Of a stretch of 64,000 bases of DNA, positions 1-19,100 are shown piece after piece. The stretch spans positions 409,696,001-409,760,000 of the forward strand of contig OZ024740.1 of NCBI GenBank assembly GCA_964016885.1. The letters run 5' to 3'. Every line of letters starts with the position of its first letter. Position 1 is the stretch's first letter. A program made the position numbers and the translations under genes. The notes below the pieces were generated by a model, which did no database searches, was not told where the DNA came from, and worked only from the letters and a program-made list of their open reading frames with translations. Source of the DNA: Eledone cirrhosa (lineage: Eukaryota).

Positions 1-3000
1 TAGAATAAACTATACTATACTATAATATATTATACTATACTATACTATACTATACTAAACAAAACTATACTATACTAAACTAAACGATACTATACTATAC
101 AAAACTAAATTATACTATACTAAACTAAATTAAACTAAACTATACTATACTAAACAAAACTAAACTATACTATAATATACTATACTAAACTATAATATAC
201 AATACTACACTATACTATACTAAATTATACTATACTATACAATACCATACAATATTAAAATATACTACACCATACTATACTATACAAACTATACTATACT
301 GTACTGAACTATACTATACGATATATACTATACTATACTAAATTAAACTAAACTATACTAAACTATACTATACTATACTATTCTATACTATACTATACTA
401 TACTATACTATACTATACTATACTATACTATACTATACTATACTATACTATACTATACTATACTAAACTATACTAAACTATATTATACTAAACTAAACTA
501 AACTATACTGAATCATACTATACTAAACTAAACTAAACTATACTATACTATACTATAAACTATACTATAATATACGATACAAAACTCTACTATACTAAAC
601 TATACTATGCGATACTAAACTATATTATACAATACTATAAACTATACTATACTATACTCTACAAAACTATATTATACTAAACTATACTTTACTATACTAT
701 ACTATGCTATACTATAATATACTATACTATACTATACTATACTATACTATACTATACTATACTATACTATACTATACTATACTATACTGTACTATACTAT
801 ACTAAACTATACTATGCCATACTAAATTAAACTATACGATGCTATACTAAACTATACAATGCTATTCTATACTAAACTAAACTAAACTATACAATACTAA
901 ACTATACTATACTAAACTATACTATATAAAACTATACTATACTAAACTAAACTAAAATATACTATACTATACTAAACTAAACTATAGTATACTCTACAAT
1001 ACTATACTATACTCTACTCTACAAAACTATACTATACCAGACTATACTATAATATACAACACCATACTATATTCTACAAAACAATACTTTACCATACTAT
1101 ACTGTATTATACCATACTATACTATACTATATAATGCTATACCATACTATACCATTCTATATATACCGTACTATACACTACAAAACTATACTATACCAAA
1201 CTATAATATACTATACTATACTATAGTAAACTATACTAAACTATACTACACTATACAATACTATACTAGAATAAACTATACTATACTATAATATATTATA
1301 CTATACTATACTATACAATACTATACAATACTATACTATACTATACTAAACAAAACTATACTATACTAAACTAAACGATACTATACTATACAAAACTAAA
1401 TTATACTATACTAAACTAAATTAAACTAAACTATACTATACTAAACTAAACTAAACTATACTATAATATACTATACTAAACTATAATATACTATACTACA
1501 CTATACTATAGTAAATTATACTATACTATACAATACCATACAATATTAAAATATACTACACCATACTATACTATACAAACTATACTATACTATACGATAT
1601 ATACTATACTATTCTAAATTCAACTAAACTATACTAAACTATACTATACTAATTTAAACTAATCTTTACTATACAATAAAATACTATAATATTCTACACT
1701 ATATTATACTAAATTATACTATACTATATGGTACTAAATTATACTATACGATATTATACTATACTATACCATACTATACTATACCTTACTATACTATACT
1801 ATACCATACTATAATATACTATACCTTACCTTACTATACTCTAAAAATTATACTATACCATACTATACTATACCATACTATACTATACTATAGTAAACTA
1901 TGGTATACTAAACTATACCATACTATACTACACCATACTCTACAAAAATATGCTATACTATACAATACTAAACTATACTATACTATACTATAATAAACTA
2001 AACTATACCATACTACACTATACTATACTAAATTATATTATACTATACTATATTGTACTAAACTATAATATACTATACTATACTATACTATACTATACTA
2101 TTCTATACTATACTATACTATACTTTGCTATACTATACTATACTATACAATACTATATAAACTATACTATACTATAGAATACTACACTAAACTAAACTAT
2201 ACCATAATATACTAAACTAAACTATACTATACAATACTATAAACTATACTATACTATACTCTACAAAACTATATTATACTAAATTATACTATACTATACT
2301 ATACTATACTAAACTAAACTATACTATGCTATACTATAATATACTATACTATACCATACTATAATAAACTAAACCATACTATACTATACTCTACTAAACT
2401 ATAATATACTATACTATACTATACTATACTATACTATACTATAATATACTATACTGTACTATAGTATACTAAACTAAACTATACTATACTAAACTAAACT
2501 AAAGTATACTATACTAAACTATACTAAACTAATCTATACTATACTAAACTATGGTATACTATAAAATACTATACTATACTATACTAGACTAGACTAGACT
2601 AAACTATACTATACTATACTATACTATACTATACTATACTATACTATACTAAACTATACAATACTATACTATTCTAAACTAAACTAAACTAAACTATACT
2701 AAATTATACTATACTAAACTAAACTAAACTATACTATACTATACTATACTATACTAAACTATACTATGCTAAACTAAACTATGCTGTACTATAATATACG
2801 ATACAAAACTCTACTATACTAAACTATACTATACGATACTAGACTATACTATACAATATTATTAACTATATTATACTATACTCTACAAAACTATATTATA
2901 CTAAACTATACTATACTATACTATACTATACTATACTATACTATACTATACTATACTATACTATACTATACTATACTATACTATATTATACTATACTATA

Positions 3001-6000
3001 CTATACTATACTAAACTACACTATGCCATACAAAATTAAACTATACAATGCTATACTAAACTATACAATGCTATGCTATACTAAACTAAACTAAACTATA
3101 CAATACTAAACTATACTATACTAAACTATACTATATAAAACTGTACTATACTAAGCTAAACTAAACTATACTATACTTTACTAAACTAAACTATAGTATA
3201 CTGTACAATACTATACTCTACTCTACAAATCTATACTATACCAGACTATCCTATAATATACTATACTATACTATACTATACCATACCATACTATACTCTA
3301 CAAAACTATACTGTACCATACTATACTATACTATACCATACTATACTATACTATACCATACTATACTATAGTATATAATGCTATACTATACTATACCATT
3401 CTATATATACCGTACTATACTTTAGAAAACTAAACTATACTATACTCTAATATACTATACTACACTGTAGTATACTATACTAAACTATACCATACTATAC
3501 TAATCTAAACTCTACTATACTATACTAAACTAAACTATACTATACTTTACTATACCATACTATACTTTACTATACCATACTATACTAAAATATACTATAC
3601 TATACTATACTATACTATACTATACTAAACTAAACTATACTATGATATACTATACTATCCTAAACTGAAATATACTATACTATACTATACTAAACTAAAC
3701 TATACTATACTATATAATAGTAAACTACACTATACTATACTATACTATACAAAACTAAACTATACTACACTATACTATACTATACTAGAATAAACTATAC
3801 TATACTATATTATACTATACTATACTATACAAAACTAAATTATACTATACTAAACTAAATTAAACTAAACTATACTATACTAAACTAAACTATACTATAA
3901 TATACTATACTAAACTATACTATACTATACTACAATATACTATACTAAATTATACTATACTATACAATACTATACTATACTAAACTATACTACACCATAC
4001 TATGCTATACAAATTATACTACACTGTACTGAACTGTACTATACGATATATACTATTCTATACTATACAATATTATACTATATTATACTATACTATACAA
4101 AACTAAACTATACTATAATATACAATTCTATACAATACTATACTATACAATACCATACTATATTATACTACATTATACTATACTAAATTATACTATATTG
4201 TACTAAATTATACTATACGATATTATACTATGCTATACTATACCATACTATACTATACCATACTATACTATACCATACTATACTCTACATAACTATAATA
4301 TACCATACTATACTATACTATACCATACTATAATATACTATACCATACCATACTATACTCTACAAAACTATACTATACTATACTATACTATACTATACTA
4401 TACTATACTATACTATACTATACTATAATATACTATACTATACTATACTATACTATACTATACTATACTATACTATAATATACTATACTATACTATACTA
4501 TACTATAATATACTATAGTATACTATACTATACTATAATATACTACACAAAACTATACTATAGTATACTATATTATAACATTATATACTATACTAAACTG
4601 AAATATACTATACTATACTATACTAAACTAAACTATACTATACTATATAATAGTAAACTACATTATACTATACTATACCAAACTAAACTTTAATATACTA
4701 TACTATAGTAAACTATACTAAACTATACTACACTATACAATACTATACTAGAATAAACTATACTATAATATATTATACTATACTATACTATACAATACTA
4801 TACTATACTATACTATACTATACTATACTATACTATACTATACTATACTATACTATACTAAACTAAACGATAATATACTATACAAAACTAAATTATACTA
4901 TACTAAACTAAATTAAACTAAACTATACTATACTAAACTAAACTAAACTATACTATAAAATACTATACCAAACTATAATATACTATACTACACTATACTA
5001 TACTAAATTATACTATACTATGCGATACCATACTATATTGAACTATATTACACCATACTATACTATACAAACTATACTATACTGTACTGAACTATACTAT
5101 ACGATATATACTATACTGTACTATACTAAATTAAACTAAACTATACTAAATTATACTATACTATATTGTACTAAATTATACTATACGATATTATACTATA
5201 CTATACCATACTATACTATACCTTACTATACTATACCATACTATACTCTACATAACTATACTATACCATACTATACTATACTATACCATACTATAATATA
5301 CTATACCTTACCTTACTATACTCTACAAAACTATACTATATCATACTATACTATACATACTATACTATACTATAGTAAACTATGCTATACTAAACTATAC
5401 CATACTATACTACACCATACTCTACAAAAATATGCTATACTATACGATACTATACGATACTATACTAAACTATACTATAATATACAATACTAAACTATAC
5501 TATACTGTACTAAAATGAACTAAACTATACCATACTACACTATACTATACTAATTTATATTATACTATACTATATTGTACTAAACTATAATATACTATAT
5601 TATACTATAATATACTAAACTATACTATACTATACAATACTATACTATACTAAACTATAATATACAGTACTATACTATACCATACTAATCTATACTATAC
5701 CATCATATAATATACTATATTAAACCATATTATACTATACTAAACTATACTATACTATACTATACTATACTATACTATACTATACTATACTATACTATAC
5801 TATACTATACTATACTATACCATACAATACTATATAAACTATACTATTCTATAGAATACTACACTAAACTAAACTATACCATAATATACTAAACTAAACT
5901 ATAATATACAATACTATAACCTATACTATACTATAGTCTACAAAACTATATTATACTAAACTATACTATACTATACTATACTAAACTAAACTATACTGTG

Positions 6001-7199
6001 CTATACTATAATATACTATACTATACCATACTATAATAAACTAAACCATACTATACTATACTCTACTAAACTATAATATACTATACTATACTATACTATA
6101 CTATACTATACTATACTATACTATACTATACTATACTATACTATACTGTACTATAGTATACTAAACTAAACTAAAGTATACTATACTATATTATACTAAA
6201 CTAGTCTATACTATACTAAACTATAGTATACTATTAAATACTATACTATACTAAACTATACTAGACTAGACTAGACTAAACTATACTATACTATACTATA
6301 CTATACTATACTATACTATTCTATACTACACTATACTATACTATACTATACTATATTATACTATACTATACTATACTATATTATACTAAACTAAACTAAA
6401 CTATACTAAATTATACTATACTAAACTAAGCTAAACTATACTATACTATATTATACTATACTATACTATACTATACTATACTATACTATACTATACTATA
6501 CTATACTATACTATACTATACTAAACTATACTATACTACAGTAAACTAAACTTTACTATACTATACTAGACTAAACTATACTATACTATACTATACTATA
6601 CTAAACTATAATATACTATACTATACTATACAAGACAAAACTATACTATACTATACTATACTATACTGTACTATACTATACTATACTATACTATACTATA
6701 CTATACTATACTATAGTAAACTAAACTTTACTACACTATATTATATTATACTATACCATACTATACTATACTATACAATAATATACTATACTATACCATA
6801 CTATACTAAACTAAACTATACTATACTATACTATACTAAACTATAATATACTATACTATACTATACTATACCATAATATACTATATTATAATGTACTATA
6901 CTATACCATACTGTACTGAACTAAACTATACTATACTATACTAAACTATAATATACTATACTATACTATACCATACTATACTAAACTAAACTATACTAGA
7001 CTAGACTAGACTAAACTATACTATACTATACTATACTATAATAAACTATACTATACTATATTAAACTAAACTATAATATATTAAACTAAACTAAAGTATA
7101 CTATACTATATTATACTAAACTAAACTATACTATACTAAACTAAAGTATACTATACTATACTATACTATACTATACTATACTATACTATACTATACTAT

Positions 7200-10100
7200 A
7201 CTATACTAGACTAGACTAAACTAGACTAGACTAGACTAGACTAGACTAGACTAGACTAGACTAGACTAAACTATACTATACTATACTATACTATACTATA
7301 CTATACTATACTATACTACACTATACTAAACTATACTATACTATACTATACTATACTATACTATACTATACTATACTATACTATACTATACTATACTATA
7401 CTATACTATACTATACTATACTATATTATGCTATACTAAACTATACTATACTATATTATACTAAACTAAACTAAACTATACTAAATCATACTATACTAAA
7501 CTAAACTAAACTATACTATACTATACTATAAACTATACTATAATATACGATACAAAACTCTACTATACTAAACTATACTATAAGATACTAAACTATATTA
7601 TACAATACTATAAACTATACTATACTATACTCTACAAAACTATATTATACTAAACTTTACTTTAATATACTATACTATACTATACTATACTATACTATAC
7701 TATACTATACTATACTATACTATACTATACTATACTATACTATACTATACTATACTATACTATACTATACTAAACTATACTATGCCATACTAAATTAAAC
7801 TATACAATGCTATACTAAACTATACGATGCTATTCTATACTAAACTAAATTAAACTATACAATACTAAACTGTACTATACTAAACTATACTAAACTAAAC
7901 TAAAATATACTATACTATACTAAACTAAACTATAGTATACTGTGCAATACTTTACTATACTCTACTCTACAAAACTATACTATACCAGACTATACTATAA
8001 AATACCATACCATACTATACTCTACAAAACTATACTTTACCATACTTGCTGTATTATACCATACTATACTATAGTATATAATGCTATACCATACTATACC
8101 ATTCTATATATACCGTACTATACTCGACAAAACTATACTATACTATACTCTAATGTACTATACTACGCTATACTATACTATACTAAACTATACTATACTA
8201 TACTATATTATACTATGCTATACTAAACTATACTATACTATAGAATACTATACTATACTGTACTATACCATACTATACTTTAATATACCATACTATACTA
8301 AAATATACTACACTATACTAAACTAAACTATACTATGATATACAATACTATACTATACTAAACTGAAATATACTATACTATACTATACTAAACTAAACTA
8401 TACTATACTATATAATAGTAAACTACATTATACTATACTATACCAAACTATAATATACTATACTATAGTAAACTATACTAAACTATACTACACTATACAA
8501 TACTATACTAGAATAAACTATACTATACTATAATATATTATACTATACTATACTATACAATACTATACAATACTATACTATACTATACTAAACAAAACTA
8601 TACTATACTAAACTAAACGATACTATACTATACAAAACTAAATTATACTATACTAAACTAAATTAAACTAAACTATACTATACTAAACTAAACTAAACTA
8701 TACTATAATATACTATACTAAACTATAATATACAATACTACACTATACTATACTAAATTATACTATACTATACAATACCATACAATATTAAAATATACTA
8801 CACCATACTATACTATACAAACTATACTATACTGTACTGAACTATACTATACGATATATACTATACTATACTAAATTAAACTAAACTATACTAAACTATA
8901 CTATACTATACTATTCTATACTATACTATACTATACTATACTATACTATACTATACTATACTATACTATACTATATTATGCTATACAAAACTATACTATA
9001 CTATATTATACTAAACTAAACTAAACTATACTAAATCATACTATACTAAACTAAACTAAACTATACTATACTATACTATAAACTATACTATAATATACGA
9101 TACAAAACTCTACTATACTAAACTATACTATACGATACTAAACTATATTATACAATACTATAAACTATACTATACTATACTCTACAAAACTATATTATAC
9201 TAAACTATACATTACTATACTATACTATACTATACTATACTATACTATACTATACTATACTATACTATACTATACTATACTAAACTATACTATGCCATAC
9301 TAAATTAAACTATACAATGCTATACTAAACTATACAATGCTATTCTATACTAAACTAAACTAAACTATACAATACTAAACTATACTATACTAAACTATAC
9401 TATATAAAACTATACTATACTAAACTAAACTAAAATATACTATACTATACTAAACTAAACTATAGTATACTGTACAATACTATACTATACTCTACTCTAC
9501 AAAACTATACTATACCAGACTATACTATAATATACCATACCATACTATACTCTACAAAACTATACTTTACCATACTATACTGTATTATACCATACTATAC
9601 TATAGTATATAATGCTATACCATACTATACCATTCTATATATACCGTACTATACTCTACAAAACTATACTATACTATACTTTAATATACTATACTACACT
9701 ATACTATACTATACTAAACTATACTATACTATACTATACTATATTATACTATACTATACTAAACTATACTATACTATAGAATACTATACTATACTGTTCT
9801 ATACCATACTATACTTTACTATACCATACTATACTAAAATATACTACACTATACTAAACTAAACTATACTATGATATACAATACTATACTATACTAAACT
9901 GAAATATACTCTACTATACTATACTAAACTAAACTATACTATACTATATAATAGTAAACTACATTATACTATACTATACCAAACTATAATATACTATACT
10001 ATACTATACTATATTAAACTATACTAAACTATACTACACTATACAATACTATACTAGAATATACTATACTATACTATAATATATTATACTATACTATACT

Positions 10101-13100
10101 ATACAATACTATACAATACTATACTATACTATACTAAACAAAACTATACTATACTAAACTAAACGATACTATACTATACAAAACTAAATTATACTATACT
10201 AAACTAAATTAAACTAAACTATACTATACTAAACTAAACTAAACTATACTATAATATACTATACTAAACTATAATATACAATACTACACTATGCTATACT
10301 AAATTATACTATACTATACAATACCATACAATATTAAAATATACTACACCATACTATACTATACAAACTATACTATACTGTACTGAACTATACTATACGA
10401 TATATACTATACTATACTAAATTAAACTAAACTGTACTAAACTATACTATACTATACTATTCTATACTATACTATACTATACTATACTATACTATACTAT
10501 ACTATACTATACTATACTATACTATACTATACTATACTATACTATGCTATACTAAACTATACTATACTATATTATACTAAACTAAACTAAACTATACTAA
10601 ATCATACTATACTAAACTAAACTAAACTATACTATACTATACTATAAACTATACTATAATATACGATACAAAACTCTACTATACTAAACTATACTATACG
10701 ATACTAAACTATATTATACAATACTATAAACTATACTATACTATACTCTACAAAACTATATTATACTAAACTATACTTTACTATACTATACTATACTATA
10801 CTATACTATACTATACTATACTATACTATACTATACTATACTATACTATACTATACTAAACTATACTATGCCATACTAAATTAAACTATACGATGCTATA
10901 CTAAACTATACAATGCTATTCTATACTAAACTAAACTAAACTATACAATACTAAACTATACTATACTAAACTATACTATATAAAACTATACTATACTAAA
11001 CTAAACTAAAATATACTATACTATACTAAACTAAACTATAGTATACTGTACAATACTATACTATACTCTACTCTACAAAACTATACTATACCAGACTATA
11101 CTATAATATACAATACCATACTATACTCTACAAAACAATACTTTACCATACTATACTGTATTATACCATACTATACTATAGTATATAATGCTATACCATA
11201 CTATACCATTCTATATATACCGTACTATACTCTACAAAACTATACCATACTATACTCTAATATACTATACTACACTATACTATACTATACTAAACTATAC
11301 TATACTATACTATATTATACTATACTATACTAAACTATACTATTCTATAGAATACTATACTATACTGTACTATACCATACTATACTTTTCTATACCATAC
11401 TATACTAAAATATACTACACTATACTAAACTAAACTATACTCTGATATACAATACTATACTAAACTAAACTGAAATATACTATACTATACTATACTAAAC
11501 TAAACTATACTATACTATATAATAGTGAACTACATTATACTATACTATACCAAACTATAATATACTATACTATACTATAGTAAACTATACTAAACTATAC
11601 TACACTATACAATACTATACTAGAATAAACTATACTATACTATAATATATTATACTATACTATACTATACAATACTATACAATACTATACTATACTATAC
11701 TATACTATACTAAACAAAACTATACTATACTAAACTAAACTATACTATACTAAACTAAAGTATACAATAAATTACTATACTATACTATACTATACTATAC
11801 TAGACTAGACTAAACTAGACTAGACTAGACTAGACTAGACTAGACTAGACTAGACTAGACTAAACTATACTATACTATACTATACTATACTATACTATAC
11901 TATACTATACTATACTATACTATACTATACTATACTATACTATACTATACTATATTATGCTATACTAAACTATACTATACTATATTATACTAAACTAAAC
12001 TAAACTATACTAAATCATACTATACTAAACTAAACTATACTATACTATACTATAAACTATACTATAATATACGATACAAAACTCTACTATACTAAACTAT
12101 ACTATAAGATACTAAACTATATTATACAATACTATAAACTATACTATACTATACTCTACAAAACTATATTATACTAAACTATACTTTACTATACTATACT
12201 ATACTATACTATACTATACTATACTATACTATACTATACTAAACTATACTATGCCATACTAAATTAAACTATACAATGCTATACTAAACTATACGATGCT
12301 ATTCTATACTAAACTAAATTAAACTATACAATACTAAACTATGCTATACTAAACTATACTATATAAAACTATACTATACTAAACTAAACTAAAATATACT
12401 ATACTATACTAAACTAAACTATAGTATACTGTGCAATACTATACTATACTCTACTCTACAAAACTATACTATACCAGACTATACTATAATATAACATACC
12501 ATACTATACTCTACAAAACTATACTTTACCATACTTGCTGTATTATACCATACTATACTATAGTATATAATGCTATACCATACTATACCATTCTATATAT
12601 ACCGTACTATACTCGACAAAACTATACTATACTATACTCTAATGTACTATACTACGCTATACTATACTATACTAAACTATACTATACTATACTATATTAT
12701 ACTATACTAAACTATACTATACTATAGAATACTATACTATACTGTACTATACCATACTATACTTTAATATACCATACTATACTAAAATATACTACACTAT
12801 ACTAAACTAAACTATACTATGATATACAATACTATACTATACTAAACTGAAATATACTATACTATACTATACTAAACTAAACTATACTATACTATATAAT
12901 AGTAAACTACATTATACTATACTATACCAAACTATAATATACTATACTATAGTAAACTATACTAAACTATACTACACTATACAATACTATACTAGAATAA
13001 ACTATACTATACTATAATATATTATACTATACTATACTATACAATACTATACAATACTATACTATACTATACTAAACAAAACTATACTATACTAAACTAA

Positions 13101-16100
13101 ACGATACTATACTATACAAAACTAAATTATACTATACTAAACTAAACTAAACTATACTATAATATACTATACTAAACTATAATATACAATACTACACTAT
13201 ACTATACTAAATTATACTATACTATACAATACCATACAATATTAAAATATACTACACCATACTATACTATACAAACTATACTATACTGTACTGAACTATA
13301 CTATACGATATATACTATACTATATTAAATTAAACTAAACTATACTAAACTATACTATACTATACTATACTATTCTGTACTATACTATACTATACTATAC
13401 TATACTATACTATACTATACTATACTATACTATACTATACTATATTATGCTATACAAAACTATACTATACTATATTATACTAAACTAATCTAAACTATAC
13501 TAAATCATACTATACTAAACTAAACTAAACTATACTATACTATACTATAAACTATACTATAATATACGATACAAAACTCTACTATACTAAACTATACTAT
13601 ACGATACTAAACTATATTATACAATACTATAAACTATACTATACTATACTCTACAAAACTATATTATACTAAACTATACTTTACTATACTATACTATACT
13701 ATACTATACTATACTATACTATACTATACTATACTATACTATACTATACTATACTATACTATACTATACTAAACTATACTATGCCATACTAAATTAAACT
13801 ATACAATGCTATACTAAACTATAAAATGCTATTCTATACTAAACTAAACTAAACTATACAATACTAAACTATACTATACTAAACTATACTATATAAAACT
13901 ATACTATACTAAACTAAACTAAAATATACTATACTATACTAAACTAAACTATAGTATACTGTACAATACTATACTATACTCTACTCTACAAAACTATACT
14001 ATACCAGACTATACTATAATATACCATACTATACTATAGTATATAATGCTATACCATACTATACCATTCTATATATACCGTACTATACTCTACAAAACTA
14101 TACTATACTATACTCTAATATACTATACTACACTATACTATACTATACTAAACTATACTATACTATACTATACTATATTATACTATACTATACTAAACTA
14201 TACTATACTATATAATACTATACTATACTGTTCTATACCATACTATACTTTACTATACCATACTATACTAAAATATACTACACTATACTAAACTAAACTA
14301 TACTATGATATACAATACTATACTATACTAAACTGAAATATACTCTACTATACTATACTAAACTAAACTATATTATACTATATAATAGTAAACTACATTA
14401 TACTATACTATACCAAACTATAATATACTATACTATACTATACTATAGTAAACTATACTAAACTATACTACACTATACAATACTATACAAGAATAAACTA
14501 TACTATACTATAATATATTATACTATACTATACTATACAATACTATACAATACTATACTATACTATACTAAACAAAACTATACTATACTAAACTAAACGA
14601 TACTATACTATACAAAACTAAATTATACTATACTAAACTAAATTAAACTAAACTATACTATACTAAACTAAACTAAACTATACTATAATATACTATACTA
14701 AACTATAATATACAATACTACACTATACTATACTAAATTATACTATACTATACAATACCATAAAATATTAAAATATACTACACCATACTATACTATACAA
14801 ACTATACTATACTGTACTGAACTATACTATACGATATATACTATACTATACTAAATTGAACTAAACTATACTAAACTATACTATACTATACTATACTATA
14901 CTATACTATACTATACTATACTATACTATACTATACTATACTATGCTATACTAAACTATACTATACTATATTATACTAAACTAAACTAAACTATACTAAT
15001 TCATACTATACTAAACTAAACTAAACTATACTATACTATACTATAAACTATACTATAATATACGATACAAAACTCTACTATACTAAACTATACTATACGA
15101 TACTAAACTATATTATACAATACTATAAACTATACTATACTATACTCTACAAAACTATATTATACTAAACTATACTTTACTATACTATACTATACTATAC
15201 TATACTATACTATACTATACTATACTATAATATACTATACTATACTATACTATACTATACTAAACTATACTATGCCATACTAAATTAATCTATACGATGC
15301 TATACTAAACTATACAATGCTATTCTATACTAAACTAAACTAAACTATACAATACTAAACTATACTATACTAAACTATACTATATAAAACTATAATATAC
15401 TAAACTAAACTAAAATATACTATACTATACTAAACTAAACTATAGTATACTGTACAATACTATACTATACTCTACTCTACAAAACTATACTATACCAGAC
15501 TATACTATAATATACAATACCATACTATACTCTACAAAACTATACTTTACCATACTATACTGTATTATACCATACTATACTATAGTATATAATGCTATAC
15601 CAAACTATACCATTCTATATATACCGTACTATACTCTACAAAACTATACTATACTATACTCTAATATACTATACTACACTATACTATACTATACTAAACT
15701 ATACTATACTATACTATATTATACTATACTATACTAAACTATACTATTCTATAGAATACTATATTATACTGTACTATACCATACTATACTTTACTATACC
15801 ATACTATACTAAAATATACTACACTATACTAAACTAAACTATACTATGATATACAATACTATACTATACTAAACTGAAATATACTATACTATACTATACT
15901 AAACTAAACTATACTATACTATATAATAGTGAACTACATTATACTATACTATACCAAACTATAATATACTATACTATGCTATAGTAAACTATACTAAACT
16001 ATACTACACTATACAATACTATACTAGAATAAACTATACTATACTATAATATATTATACTATACTATACTATACAATACTATACAATACTATACTATACT

Positions 16101-19100
16101 ATACTAAACAAAACTATACTATACTAAACTAAACTATACTATACTAAACTAAAGTATACAATAAATTACTATACTATACTATACTATACTATACTAGACT
16201 AGACTAAACTAGACTAGACTAGACTAGACTAGACTAGACTAGACTAGACTAGACTAGACTATACTATACTATACTATACTATACTATACTATACTATACT
16301 ATACTACACTATACTAAACTATACTATACTATACTATACTATACTATACTATACTATACTATACTATACTATACTATACTATACTATACTATACTATACT
16401 ATACTATACTATACTATACTATACTATACTATATTATGCTATACTAAACTATACTATACTATATTATACTAAACTAAACTAAACTATACTAAATCATACT
16501 ATACTAAACTAAACTAAACTATACTATACTATACTATAAACTATACTATAATATACGATACAAAACTCTACTATACTAAACTATACTATAAGATACTAAA
16601 CTATATTATACAATACTATAAACTATACTATACTATACTCTACAAAACTATATTATACTAAACTATACTTTACTATACTATACTATACTATACTATACTA
16701 TACTATACTATACTATACTATACTATACTATACTATACTATACTATACTATACTATACTAAACTATACTATTCTATAGAATACTATACTATACTGTACTA
16801 TACCATACTATACTTTACTATACCATACTATACTAAAATATACTACACTATACTAAACTAAACTATACTATGATATACAATACTATACTATACTAAACTG
16901 AAATATACTATACTATACTATACTAAACTAAACTATACTATACTATATAATAGTAAACTACATTATACTATACTATACCAAACTATAATATACTATACTA
17001 TAGTAAACTATACTAAACTATACTACACTATACAATACTATACTAGAATAAACTATACTATACTATAATATATTATACTATACTATACTATACAATACTA
17101 TACAATACTATACTATACTATACTAAACAAAACTATACTATACTAAACTAAACGATACTATACTATACAAAACTAAATTATACTATACTAAACTAAATTA
17201 AACTAAACTATACTATACTAAACTAAACTAAACTATACTATAATATACTATACTAAACTATAATATACAATACTACACTATACTATACTAAATTATACTA
17301 TACTATACAATACCATAAAATATTAAAATATACTACACCATACTATACTATACAAACTATACTATACTGTACTGAACTACACTATACGATATATACTATA
17401 CTATACTAAATTAAACTAAACTATACTAAACTATACTATACTATACTATTCTATACTATACTATACTATACTATACTATACTATACTATACTATACTATA
17501 CTATACTATACTATACTATACTATACTATGCTCTACTAAACTATACTATACTATATTATACTAAACTAAATTAAACTATACTAATTCATACTATACTAAA
17601 CTAAACTAAACTATACTATACTATACTATAAACTATACTATAATATACGATACAAAACTCTACTATACTAAACTATACTATACGATACTAAACTATATTA
17701 TACAATACTAGAAACTATACTATACTATACTCTACAAAACTATATTATACTAAACTATACTTTACTATACTATACTATACTATACTATACTATACTATAC
17801 TATACTATACTATAATATACTATACTATACTATACTATACTAAACTATACTATGCCATACTAAATTAATCTATACGATGCTATACTAAACTATACAATGC
17901 TATTCTATACTAAACTAAACTAAACTATACAATACTAAACTATACTATACTAAACTATACTATATAAAACTATAATATACTAAACTAAACTAAAATATAC
18001 TATACTATACTAAACTAAACTATAGTATACTGTACAATACTATACTATACTCTACTCTACAAAACTATACTATACCAGACTATACTATAATATACAATAC
18101 CATACTATACTCTACAAAACTATACTTTACCATACTATACTGTATTATATCATACTATACTATAGTATATAATGCTATACCATACTATACCATTCTATAT
18201 ATACCGTACTATACTCTACAAAACTATACTATACTATACTCTAATATACTATACTACACTATACTATACTATACTAAACTATACTATACTATACTATATT
18301 ATACTATACTATACTAAACTATACTATACTATAGAATACTATACAATGCTGTACTATACCATAGTATACTTTACTATACTATACTATACTAAAATATAAT
18401 ACACTATACTAAACTAAACTATACTATGATATACAATACTATACTATACTAAACTGAAATATACTATACTATACTATACTAAACTAAACTATACTATACT
18501 ATATAATAGTGAACTACATTATACTATACTATACCAAACTATAATATACTATACTATAGTAAACTATACTAAACTATACTGCACTATACAATACTATACT
18601 AGAATAAACTATACTATACTATAATATATTATACTATACTATACTATACAATACTATACAATACTATACTATACTATACTAAACAAAACTATACTATACT
18701 AAACTAAACGATACTATACTATACAAAACTAAATTATACTATACTAAACTAAATTAAACTAAACTATACTATACTAATCTAAACTAAACTATACTATAAT
18801 ATACTATACTAAACTATAATATATAATACTACACTATACTATACTAAATTATACTATACTATACAGTACCATACAATATTAAAATATACTACACCATACT
18901 ATACTATACAAACTATACTATACTGTACTGAACTATACTATACGATATATACTATACTATACTAAATTAAACTAAACTATAGTAAACTATACTATACTAT
19001 ACGATACTATACTATACTATACTATACTATACTATACTATACTATACTATAGTATACTATACTATACTATACTATACTATATTATGCTATACTAAACTAT